Shown piece by piece: positions 52,387 through 64,000 of a DNA stretch of 64,000 nucleotides. The notes beneath the pieces are model-generated. The model saw only the letters and a program-made list of their open reading frames with translations, searched no databases and had not been told where the DNA came from. Source of the DNA: Eledone cirrhosa. Taxonomy: Eukaryota. The DNA is taken from positions 186,001 through 250,000 of the forward strand of contig CAXHJY010001472.1 in NCBI GenBank assembly GCA_964016885.1. Reading direction: 5' to 3'. The position numbers were made by a program, and so were the translations under genes. Position 1 is the stretch's first letter. Each line of letters starts with the position of its first letter.

Positions 52387-54315
52387 TCATCATCATCATC
52401 ATCATCATCGTTTAACGTCCATATTCCACGCTTGCATGGGTTTGGACGGGAATTTTCCCACTTGAGGCAAGAGTGGTTGTCTTGCTCGCATAGGACTGTC
52501 TGGCGGGTTTTCTACAGCTGGATGCCCTTCCTAACACCAACCGCATTTACAGTGTGGGACTGAGAGGTTTTTACCGTGTTACCTACACGGCCACATTACT
52601 GCGTGGACTGTGTTTTTTTTTTTTGTCGTGACACCTACACGACCTCATTTGTTTCGGCCTGGATGTTGTGGCACCAACATAACTTTACATTGAAAGGGGC
52701 GGTGTGGATGGGGTGGGGGTGTATTTTGTTAGAGGTGCCTACTGACTGTAGTAGGTTTTACTTTGTATCTAGGTAAGGCGGGTCTTCTCTATTACTGAGT
52801 ACCGCCAAAGATCTCGGTCCAGTGACATTGTCTTGGAGAGGTGTAAGTGTGTGAGGTCGGAATTTATCAAGTCGTCCCAGGTTTTTCTGGGTCTGCCTAC
52901 TCCGTGGCTACCGTCTATCTTTATTGCCCTGCATTTTTTTTATACAGCTGTCGTCTTTCATCCGCATCACGTGGACCATACCAACGTAGTCTTCTCTCGA
53001 GTACACAACATCTGATCCCTCTTATTTCTAATTTTTCCCTTAGTTCGTTTATGCTTTGCCGTTCACATATATTACTATTACACATCCAGCGAAGCATGCA
53101 AGCTTCGTTCCTCTCTAGTCTGCGTATATCCTCTGCACACAATGCCCAGGTCTCACTGCCATGCAACATTGCTGTTCATATGCAGGCATCATACAACCTG
53201 CCTTTCATTTTTAGGGAGAACCCTTTAGCGGCTAATAGTGGTATAAGCTCTCTGAACTTTTTCCATCCAGTTCTGACTCTAGCTACTGTACTTTCAGAGC
53301 ACCCTCCCCCACTGCTGATTTTGTCACCCAGGTAACGGAAGCTGTCCACTATTTCTATAGAACCCTCTGCGCAATTGAAAGAGCTAGTATTTTGTGGGCA
53401 CTTGCTGCTACTTATTGCACCAGAGCACCGGCCACATGTAAAATCTATGTTCTTAGTTAGCTTACCTGTGATCCCACTACATCTTTTATGAACCCATACT
53501 TTGCATTTGGGACATAAAATGGAGTTTCTACCTACGCCTTTCCTACACACTGAGCATGGCCATTTCCCGGAAGGGACCGGCGCCTTATTTTCTTTCCTAC
53601 AAACTAGAACTTTAGTCTTAGCCAGGTTAATTTTAAGGCCTTCTGATTCTAGGCCTTGCTTCCATGTTTGGAATTTCTTCTCTAGCTCGGCCATTGATTC
53701 AGCTATGAGCGTTAGATCATCTGCGTATAGGAGTTCCCATGGGCAGCCGGTCTTGAACTCCACTGTTATAGCCTGAAGGGCAATAATAAATAGTAGGGGG
53801 CTAAGGACGGAGCCCTGATGAACACCAACTTTTACGCTAAACTCTTCACTATATTCGTTGTTAATTCTAACCTTGCTGACTGTTTCTTTATACATGGCTC
53901 GTATAGCTCTCACAAGCCATTCCTCAACACCTAGTTTTCTAAGAGCCCACCAGATAATGGAACGGGGGGACTCTGTCGAAGGCTTTCTCCAAGTCAACAA
54001 AAGCTAAGTATAGGGGTTTACTTTTAACTAGGTACTTCTCCTGTAGTTGTCGTACAATGAAAAGAGCGTCTGTGGTACTTTTACCTGACACAAACCCGAA
54101 CTGCATTTCATCTAGATCAATTCTCTCTCTGATTAGTTGCGCTATTACTTTTTCCGTGACCTTCATGACCTGGTCGATTAATTTAATGCCTCTATAGTTA
54201 CTCCTATCTAGGGCATCTCCTTTACCCTTGTAACAGTTAATGATGATGCTGCTACGCCAGTCCTTCAGAACAACCCCATTCTGTATGACTTGGTTTACTA
54301 TCCGGGTGACCATTA
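52387..54315 (-). mobile_element. 5'-truncated RTE-clade LINE, second copy with an extra frameshift
   Basis: RT is split into ORFs 53939-54433 and 53176-54000 by one extra G near 53965. Confidence 0.95.
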
Positions 54316-55142
54316 CGTGTATACATCTGAAAATGTATATATGTATGCAAAGATATAAGTAAACATACATGTATACATATAGATGGACAGTTATGCATAT
54401 ACAATAACTTATTTCTATACATACATATACCACAAGTAAGGCATGGTGCTGCCAACTAACCAGACCTCCCTCATAATGGACCAGCTAGATCCCAAAATAC
54501 AGGCCTGCTTGCCAACACACAGTCCCAATAAGTGTAAGTTACAGCGCAGCTATCTGGACAGACTTGTCTTAAGACTACACACTATCCCACTACATCTTTT
54601 GTATACTATATATATACTGTTTATATATATATATACTATATATATATATACTGTTTATATATATATATACTATATATATATATATACTGTTTATATATAT
54701 ATACACACATATAATTGTGTATTCACACATTATCTTAGTAATGAAATAATTAATAATTTTAGTAAATTGTTCAAAATTCTTCATTAACCCTTTTGGTAGA
54801 AACCCAGCCAAAATTAGTTCTCGTACTATGGAAATGGTTCCTATCTAAATTAAAGTCTTCCAACAAAATTCTATATAACAACCATATGGTAAGTTACTAT
54901 GTTAGTAATTAACTAACAATTGTGATAAATAGCTCAAAATTATTCATAATTAATTGAATTATAAGGTTCATAATTATAATAAAATCTTCAAATAGGCTAC
55001 GAAACCGGTAAACCTGAAAGGTACACAACACACACACATTGCTATAGCGTTTCACCAGCCCCTTCCTTCCTGAATTATTACAGAGATGTGTGTGTATGTA
55101 ATAATTATTTGTATAATGTGTGTCTATTTATGAATATGTATG

Positions 55143-55880
55143 AGTAGATGTGTGTGTGTGTATCACAGTAGATGTGTATGTAACACAGTAGATGTGTATA
55201 TGTAACAGAGTAGATGTGTGTTTGCATGTAACTCAGTATATGTGTATGTAACTCAGTAGATGTGTGTGTGTAACACGGTAGATGTGTGTGTGTAACACGG
55301 TAGATGTGTGTGTGTAGCACGGTAGATGTGTGTATGTAACAGTAGATGTGTATGTATGTAACACAGTAGATGTGTATGTATGTAACACAGTAGATGTGTA
55401 TGTATGTAACACAGTAGATGTGTGTATGTAACACAGTACATGTGTGTGTATGTAACTCAGTAGATGTGTGTGTATGTAACTCAGTAGATGTGTGTATGTA
55501 ACACAGTAGATTGTGTGTATGTAACATAGAAGATGTGTGTAACACAGTAGATGTGTGTGTATGTAACACAGTAGATCTGTGTGTATGTAACTCAGTAGAT
55601 GTGTGTGTATGTAACACAGGTGTGTGTATGTAACACAGTAGATGTGTGTATGTAACATAGTAGATGTGTGTATGTAACACAGAAGATGTGTGTGTATGTA
55701 ACACAGTAGATGTGTGTGTATGTAACTCAGTAGATGTGTGTGTATGTAACACAGTAGATGTGTGTGTAACACAGTAGATGTGTATGTAACGCAGTAGATG
55801 TGTGTGTATATAACCCAGTTGATGTGTGTGTATGTAACACAGTAGATGTGTGTATGTAACATAGTATATGTGTATGTAAC
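55143..55880. repeat. ~20-22 bp minisatellite, second copy
   Basis: Matches 45283-46040, slightly shorter. Confidence 0.95.
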
Positions 55881-56824
55881 TAAAGTGTAACGTACGTTAC
55901 AAATGGACGACAAAATGATTTTAACTTGTTTTTTAACAATTGATGGTGGAAAAGATTTTAAATTGTCTTAACTCAGACCATAAAGGGCCGCAACACATGG
56001 AGTCTGACACTCTTACTGGCTACATAGCCTGGGCGTCTATTTTACCGCGACCGGCTACATAGCATCTTCCTAAAATCTTCCAACATAATTTTATACAAGA
56101 ACCACATGTTAAGTTACTAATAAAATAATTAATAAATAAAAACATTAGTAAGTCCTTCAAATGATATCTCAGTAATGAAATAATTAATAATTGTTATAAA
56201 TACCTCAAAATTCCTCATTAATTAAACCTCATTAATTAATTAAGCCGCTGAAAAGTGCAACAGATGCCCTCTTCTTAGTGAGACAACTACAAAAGAGGTT
56301 CTTAGAGAAAAATAAGCCACTATACTTAGCTTTGGACATAGAGAAGGCTTTTGATAGAGAACTCTTATAAATGACAACATATATATATGTGTGTGTATAT
56401 ATATGTTTTTTTTAAAACTATATATTTATTACTCCCTTAAGCAGAAGAAATATATTCCCAGATATCGAAGATTACCACAATAACTAGGGAGCGGAAATCA
56501 ATAGATGCTGGACATTGCTGCTGAGGGTAGGATGACCTGATGAGCTGGCTCCTGTGGTGGATACCTAAACATAGTAAGACCCAAGTGGGATGACTGAGGT
56601 TCACCTACATACATCAGATGTCTCTGGATCTCCAGCTGGAGATTAATGATCTCAGGAATGCCATGAAAAATCGTGACATCTAAAAAAGAAGAGTAGAATT
56701 GTTCTGGCCAATCCACCTGACCTAATAAACAATAATAATATTAATATATATTGATGAAAATTAATTATGGTGAAATATCTTAGAAATCATTCTCAGAGGT
56801 TTTGTATTGTAATCCACACTTGCT

Positions 56825-58791
56825 CCTTGTGGCTTCTGATGCAGACATCATGTCCGCCATCAGGTCCTTCCCAGCTAGCAGCTGCGGAGATGTTGATGGT
56901 CTCTGACCAGGCCTCCTCAAGGAGTTGATATCTCCCCTCTCCGCTGAGGCCGGGCGCCGCCTTCTGAGTGCAATTGTGGCGCTCACCAATAGGCTCATCC
57001 ATGGCGCCCTGGACTCTTATGCTCGAGGCCTCTTTTTTTCGGCCAGCCTCACCGCTCTCAGGAAGAAAGAGGATGGCATACGCCCCATTGCTGTGGGCAA
57101 TGTCTTCCGGAGGCTGGCTGCCAAGGTAATCTGCAAGTCCGTAACACTCGGAACCGGCATCCAGGGCCTCCAGCCACCTCATTGTCAAGTTTGACATGAG
57201 GAATGCCTTCAACTCTTTACGCTGGGATCATCTGCTCGAGGCCTGCCTCAGCCGAGCCCCCTCTGCCTACCTGTCATATGGAGCCCCAAGCATGCGCCAT
57301 GCTGCTGATACGGTCATACCCTTGGCTACTGGGATCCAACAGGGCAACCCTTTGGGACCCCTCCTGTTCACCCTTGGTATTGACCACATCGCCTGGAGTA
57401 TAACGGCCCCTCTCAACGTTTGGTATCTGGATGATGCTACTTTGGGTGGGCCCGTACAGGCGGTCTGCCATGACCTTCAATTGGTGGTTCCTGCCCTGGC
57501 GGGAATCGACCTCCAGGTCAACTCAGCCAAGTCGGAGGTGGTGAATGTCAGCCTCGATGCTGCAAGCTTTGCAGTCTCCGTCTTGGACGTGCGGTCCATT
57601 CTCCGCCAGGTTCAGGTGACCCCCCAAAGAGGATGCCCTCACCGATCCACCCGCCGGCCATCCGCTCCTCCATCAAGTCCAGACTCTCACGAGCCGACTG
57701 GGCTTGATTGATGGCCACCCAGTTCTCTTTCTGCTGAGGAACTGCTACGCCATGCCGAAGCTCCTCTATACACTCTGTGCTACACCTAAACTTGTATCCG
57801 AGCAGCAGCCGATGAGATATGCAACTTTACCTGTCAGGTATGGCGGCCTTCGCCTCCAGTCCCCGATCTCACTAGCTTTGCCGGCATATCTTTCGTCGGT
57901 AACCTCGTACCACGTCCTCTTCAGCAGGGTTCTTCAAAACACAACAGAACCCTCTGTGTTCAGAGAACGCGTGGCCGCCTGTGAGACGTGGGACCGGCTG
58001 GGACTTAGCCCAGTAGACGTTCCTCCTCCTTCTCCCCCTGTTGACGTCAAGTCCCCCCCAACACACTTGGGATGCCATCCAGTGCAGCCTGGCCTCAGAC
58101 AGGCTCACGTGCCAGCTCGACCAGCACCGCCTTGTTTGTTTTCGTGCAGCCTCCAAACCCCACAGTGGGGCCTGGCTCCATGCCCTGCCCTCCTTCTCCA
58201 CTCGCACGCAGCTAGACAACAATAGCTTGCGCATCGGCGTTTCCCTGAGGCTCGGCCTCACACCAATGTCGCTGCCGTTCCACCATGGACTCTTTCGGCC
58301 TCCACCCGCAATCCACGCCATGCTGCCCTCAACGAAGTCATTAAGCATGGCTTGGACGCTGCAGGCTTCCCTTCCCAGCTCGAGGGGACGGCAAAAGGCT
58401 AGATGGCATGACCATCTTCCCGTTCCGCGGTGGCAAACCCCTCGTCTGGGATGCCACTTGCACCGACACTTTCTGCAGCCGCAACCTGGTGCAGTCTGCG
58501 ACTGGCCCAGGTTCTGCTGCACGTCAGGCTGAGGGGGCCAAACTCCTCACATATCGTTCACTCTCCGACAGGTTTGCGGTCGTACCCCTGGAAGTGGAGA
58601 CTTCTGGTGTCCTCGGCCCCAGGGCTACCTCCTTACTCACCACCATAGGCGCTGAGCTGGCCAGCCGCAGGTGTGAGCCCCGCGAGTTGGAGTGGCTTTT
58701 CCAGCGCGTCTCCCTTGCCGTGCTCCGGGGAAACGCCTTCTCCATTCTGTCCGCCGGGGCTGTGGGTGGGTCCCATCGCGTACCGTTATGA
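56825..58791 (+). mobile_element. CRE-clade retrotransposon remnant, copy 9 (type A)
   Basis: Same ORF fragments as copy 1. Confidence 0.88.
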
Positions 58792-59773
58792 ATGTATACA
58801 AAACAACTAAATCTCTTAAATAACTTCACTTATATCCAAAACATGATTTGTATATACATCAACAGTGACTCATTATTATACGCCAGTCACGACCCCACTG
58901 CAAAAACGATATCTATATAACAACCCCACCGTAAAACTACTCTTCCCCACTTTACAAACACTTTATATTATTTGTCATTAAGGTTTCTTAAAATAAATAT
59001 ATATACGTATGTGTAGTAATTAGTACGGAGACTGAGAGAGAAGGGGCGAGTGTGTCTTCATGGAGGGCACATGGGACCAGCAAAGCCCTAAAAGTAGAGA
59101 CCAGTAAATGAGATAAGGTCCTAGCTATGTTAAGAATATAAATAAGAAACATGTTCTATACATTTAAGAAGACAAGAGAAACATGTTCTAAACATTTAAG
59201 AAATAATTATTTACCTCTTTCATGTCGGTAATATAGCGGTGTTATAAAACTAATTATAACGACCGGTGTTAAAATAGAGAGAGATAGACAGATAAATGTG
59301 TGTCACACTCTCACCCTCTCTTTAAATCTTTTACACTATCTTTACATCTTTTACTCTATCTCCCTCTTATTTCTATCTGTGTACATATATATGTGTATGT
59401 ATGTATCTGTCTATGTGTAACTCGGTGTACTGGAGCAATATGAGGTGAAGTGTCTTGCTGAAGAAGACATTTTGTGGAGTTATATCATCGTTTCTTGTTA
59501 TAAAGCTACTTATACTACCGGCGTAACAGTGGCTATAGGTGATAGATGTAGAAATAAAAGGCTGTAACAGCGATATAAATATAGATGAAATAGTTTACCA
59601 CGAGACTAAGAATGAATGTTTAATGGAATTAAGTGTAATCTAATAGGAAATAAGAGGCTAGAGCAGCGAAATGTTTACGTAAAATAAAAGAACAACAAAC
59701 AAGAGTGCAACATTGAAATTTTTTTTTTTTTTTTGTCGATATAAGCGTTATTTTATGCGCGATTTGCCTTGCT

Positions 59774-59886
59774 GCCGGCGTTGCTCAGTCAGTAGCAGCC
59801 CCGCTTACGAACTTCAGGAGCCAACGACTTTACATGGTTCGAATCTCACCCTCTCCGCTCTTGTCGAGTTATCTCCTACTCTTTTT
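59774..59886 (+). ncRNA. Candidate Pol III small RNA, copy 9
   Basis: Boxes and terminator intact. Confidence 0.45.
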
Positions 59887-60628
59887 ACTTAGTTCCAGGT
59901 CATTTAAATAGAGCAAAGAGGTCGCGGCGATCGGCAATATGCACTGGCTACAATGTTGAACTTTGGTACTGACTGCATAGTTGAACGTTCCACATACCAA
60001 CCGCCCAACTGGCCAGTCAACCGCATATGCGGCTGGCTGGCCGGTTAGGTAGTTGGCATATGTACTGGCTACCATGCTGAACATTGTACTGACTGTCAAG
60101 TTGAACGTTCTAACCCTCTCTTTACATCTATTACTCTATCTACCGCTTATTTCTCCCCCTCTCTTTACTTCTATAACTCTATCTCCCACTCTCTTTACAT
60201 CTATTACAGTGTCTCCCTGTATATATACACGTATATATGCACTAGATTTTATAAGAAATCTACGTAATAATATAATTAACAATAGTTGATGAATTAGACC
60301 AGAGTTAATTAAACAATAAATATGAATGAAATAGCAGTAGATGGCGAAACTTGAGTGTTGTGTGTGCATACATATATATGAGGTAAACTGGTTCAAATAC
60401 TGTCAGGATTATATTGGATCAAAGACTGTATTAAATAGAAAGTAAAAAAAGAAGTGAAAATATAAAAACAAACTGAAAATTTCCCCATCCCTAGAAAAAT
60501 TCATATCTTGTTATATATAGATAATTGGCGCTTTAAATTGAATAAATATTCATTTATATATATATATATATGTATATATATATGTACACTGATATATATG
60601 TGTGTATATATATATGTGTATATATATA

Positions 60629-60689
<61 letters not shown>

Positions 60690-60691
<2 letters not shown>

Positions 60692-61238
60692 ACTTCATCA
60701 TACGTCCGCTTTTCCATGCTTGCAAGGGTGGGGTGGGAGCTGATTCTGGATTGGTTTCTACAGCTGGGTGCCCTTCCTGACGCCAACCCCGTTTGCAGTG
60801 AGTGCTGGGTGCTTTTTTTTTTCCGTGGCACCTCCACGTCAGCTTTACAGTGTGGGCTGGGTGCTTTTTGGCCGCGGCGCCTCCACGACCACTTTGCGGT
60901 GGGGAGGTGGGGTGGTATGTGTATACCCAGCCCATTGTCATTTGCCACACAGAAAAGCGTATAGCATCGTTCTTTACCCACGATGAATCTAGCAGACCCA
61001 CCCCTCCACCTGGTCTCTTGAATACAACAAACATCGACCTCCTTACGTTCAAGCATTTCTACAACCTCGTTAGAGCCACCCTATAAGGTGCCTACATTAA
61101 TGGTACCAACTCTGAAGTTTTGGATTGCGTTTGGAGGTTGGGAGCAGTGGGGAGCGGGGATGGGGTTAGGGTTAGCCATCCGCGGCCGAAACAAAGAGGA
61201 GGAGCCCTTGCATTCTCGTCCATGAGGTGGATTTGTCT
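60690..61238 (-). mobile_element. Bipartite RTE derivative
   Basis: Matches 5497-6045. Confidence 0.8.
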
Positions 61239-61747
61239 TTATGTATGTATATGTATATATGTATGTATGTGTGTGTATGTATGTATATGTATATATGAGT
61301 GTATATGTGTATATGTATGTATATGTATGTGTATGTATGTGTATATATGTGTATATGTATGTGTTTGTATATATGTGTGTGTATGTATATATGTGTGTGT
61401 ATGTATATATATATATATGTATGTGTATATGTATGTATATGTATGTATGTGTATATGTATATATGTATGTATATGTGTGTATGTATGTATATATGTATGT
61501 ATGTGTATATATGTATGTATGTATATGTATATATACGTGTGTATATGTAAATATACTTATGTGTATATGCTTATGTATGTGTATGTGTGTATATTTATAT
61601 TATGTATATATATATATCTATGTATGTGTATGTATGTATATATATGTATGTATATGTGTATGTATGTGTATGTATGTATGTGTATATATGTATGTATGTA
61701 TATATATATGTATGTATATGTATGTGTATGTATATGTATATGTATAT

Positions 61748-62098
61748 GGAGGCACATGGCTTAGTGGTTCGAGCATTGGCCTGGCAATCGAAAGGTTGTG
61801 AGTTCAATTCTCAGACCGGGTGATGTGTTGTTTCCTTGAGCAAGACACTTTATTTCACATTGCTCCAGTTTACTCAGCTGTAGAAATGAGATGATAGGGA
61901 CTGGGGTCCATATCATTCCACTGCAAAGTGGTCGTGGAGGTGCCACGGCAAAAAAGCACTCAGCACTCACTGTAAATGAGGTTGGTGTTAGGAAGGGCAT
62001 CCAGCTGTAGAAATCAAGCCAGAATCAGTTCCCGTCCCACCCTTGCAAGCAGGGAAAAAGCGGACTTAAAACGAAATGATGATGATGATGATGATGAT
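61748..62098 (+). mobile_element. CORE-type SINE, copy 8
   Basis: Matches 625-978. Confidence 0.85.
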
Positions 62099-62741
62099 GT
62101 ATGTATGTATGTGTATATGTATGTATGTATGTATATGTATGAGATGCAGTTTGGTTTTGTGCCGCTGAAAAGTGCAACAGATGCCCTCTTCTTAGTGAGA
62201 CAACTACAAAAGAGGTTCTTAGAGAAAAATAAGCCACTATACTTAGCTTTGGACATAGAGAAGGCTTTTGATAGAGAACTCTTATAAATGACAACATATA
62301 TATATGTGTGTGTATATACATGTTTTTTTTAAAACTATATATTTATTACTCCCTTAAGCAGAAGAAATATATTCCCAGATATCGAAGATTACCACAATAA
62401 CTAGGGAGCGGAAATCAATAGATGCTGGACATTGCTGCTGAGGGTAGGATGACCTGATGAGCTGGCTCCTGTGGTGGATACCTAAACATAGTAAGACCCA
62501 AGTGGGATGACTGAGGTTCACCTACATACATCAGATGTCTCTGGATCTCCAGCTGGAGATTAATGATCTCAGGAATGCCATGAAAAATCGTGACATCTAA
62601 AAAAGAAGAGTAGAATTGTTCTGGCCAAACCACCTGACCTAATAAACAATAATAATATTAATATATATTGATGAAAATTAATTATGGTGAAATATCTTAG
62701 AAATCATTCTCAGAGGTTTTGTATTGTAATCCACACTTGCT

Positions 62742-64000
62742 CCTTGTGGCTTCTGATGCAGACATCATGTCCGCCATCAGGTCCTTCCCAGCTAGCAGCT
62801 GCGGTGATGTTGATGGTCTCTGACCAGGCCTCCTCAAGGAGTTGACATCTCCCCTCTCCGCTGAGGCCGGGCGCCGCCTTCTGAGTGCAATTGTGGCGCT
62901 CACCAATAGGCTCATCCATGGCGCCCTGGACTCTTATGCTCGAGGCCTCTTTTTTTCAGCCAGCTTCACCGCTCTCAGGAAGAAAGAGGGTGGCATACGC
63001 CCCATTGCTGTGGGCAATGTCTTCCGGAGGCTGGCTGCCAAGGTAACCTGCAAGTCCGTAACACTCGGAACCGGCATCCAGGGACTCCAGCCACCTCATT
63101 GTCAAGTTTGACATGAGGAATGCCTTCAACTCTTTACGCTGGGATCATCTGCTCGAGGCCTGCCTCAGCCGAGCCCCCTCTGCCTAGCTGTCATATGGAG
63201 CCCCGAGCATGCGACATGCTGCTGATACGGTCATACCCTTGGCTACTGGGATCCAACAGGGCAACCCTTTGGGACCCCTCCTGTTCACCCTTGGTATTGA
63301 CCACATCGCCCGGAGTATAACGGCCCCTCTCAACGTTTGGTATCTGGATGATGCTACTTTGGGTGGGCCCGTACAGGCGGTCTGCCATGACCTTCAATCG
63401 GTGGTTCCTGCCCTGGCGGGAATCGACCTCCAGGTCAACTCAGCCAAGTCGGAGGTGGTGAATGTCAGCCTCGATGCTGCAAGCTTTGCAGTCTCCGTCT
63501 TGGACGTGCGGTCCATTCTCCGCCAGGTTCAGGTGACCCCCAAAGAGGATGCCCTCACCGATCCACCCGCCGGCCATCCGCTCCACCATCAAGTTCAGAC
63601 TCTCACGAGCCGACTGGGCTTGATTGATGGCCACCCAGTTCTCTTTCTGCTGAGGAACTGCTACGCCATGCCGAAGCTCCTCTATACACTCTGTGCTACA
63701 CCCAGACTTGTATCCGAGCAGCAGCCGATGAGATATGCAACTTTACCTATCAGGTATGGCGACCTTCGCCTCCAGTCCCCGATCTCACTAGCTTTGCCGG
63801 CGTATCTTTCGTCGGTAACCTCGTACCACGTCCACCTCAGCAGGGTTCTTCAAAACACAACAGAACCCTCTGTGTTCAGAGAACGCGTGGCCGCCTGTGA
63901 GACGTGGCACCGGCTGGGGCTTAGCCCAGTAGACGTTCCTCCTCCTTCTCCCCCTGTTGACGTCAAGTCCCCCCAACACACTTGGGATGCCATCCAGTGC
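62742..64000 (+). mobile_element. CRE-clade retrotransposon remnant, copy 10 (diverged, cut by window end)
   Basis: Same RT motifs, many private SNPs and a new TAG stop near 63185. Confidence 0.88.

Larger units (their letters stand above)
1..64000. repeat. Tandem macro-array (~5.9-6.0 kb unit plus two ~9.8 kb derived units), open at both window ends
   Basis: The same sequence and ORF set recurs. Anchor ccaactctgaagttttgg lies at 1, 5913, 11771, 17684, 23549, 29537, 35545 and 61106. The CRE ORF recurs at 1732, 7592, 13502, 19366, 25280, 31268, 37276, 47119, 56925 and 62842. Confidence 0.98.

Overview
Eukaryotic, AT- and microsatellite-rich DNA. It is probably from an octopus or another coleoid cephalopod, an inference from the CORE-type SINE with an RTE tail, the RTE LINEs and the (TATG)n/(GAT)n tracts. 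No intact host gene is visible. The whole window is a near-identical tandem macro-array. A ~5.9-6.0 kb unit starts at about 1, 5913, 11771, 17684, 23549, 29537, 35545 and 61106. Two derived ~9.8 kb units occur where a ~5.0 kb block (41418-46437, 51236-56243) replaces ~1.1 kb. Each unit carries a 5'-truncated, decayed, GC-rich CRE-clade non-LTR retrotransposon (RT, CCHC knuckle, restriction-like endonuclease; 10 copies), RTE-LINE fragments, a tRNA/CORE SINE and a bipartite RTE derivative. Each complete unit also has one stretch I cannot assign to a TE: a Pol III-type cassette (TATA, A box, B box, TTTTT; about 113 nt; not foldable as a tRNA), followed by a 60-bp palindrome between ~57-bp direct repeats. 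That cassette is the best candidate for an undescribed functional element that the array amplifies. Most listed ORFs are microsatellite or antisense artefacts.
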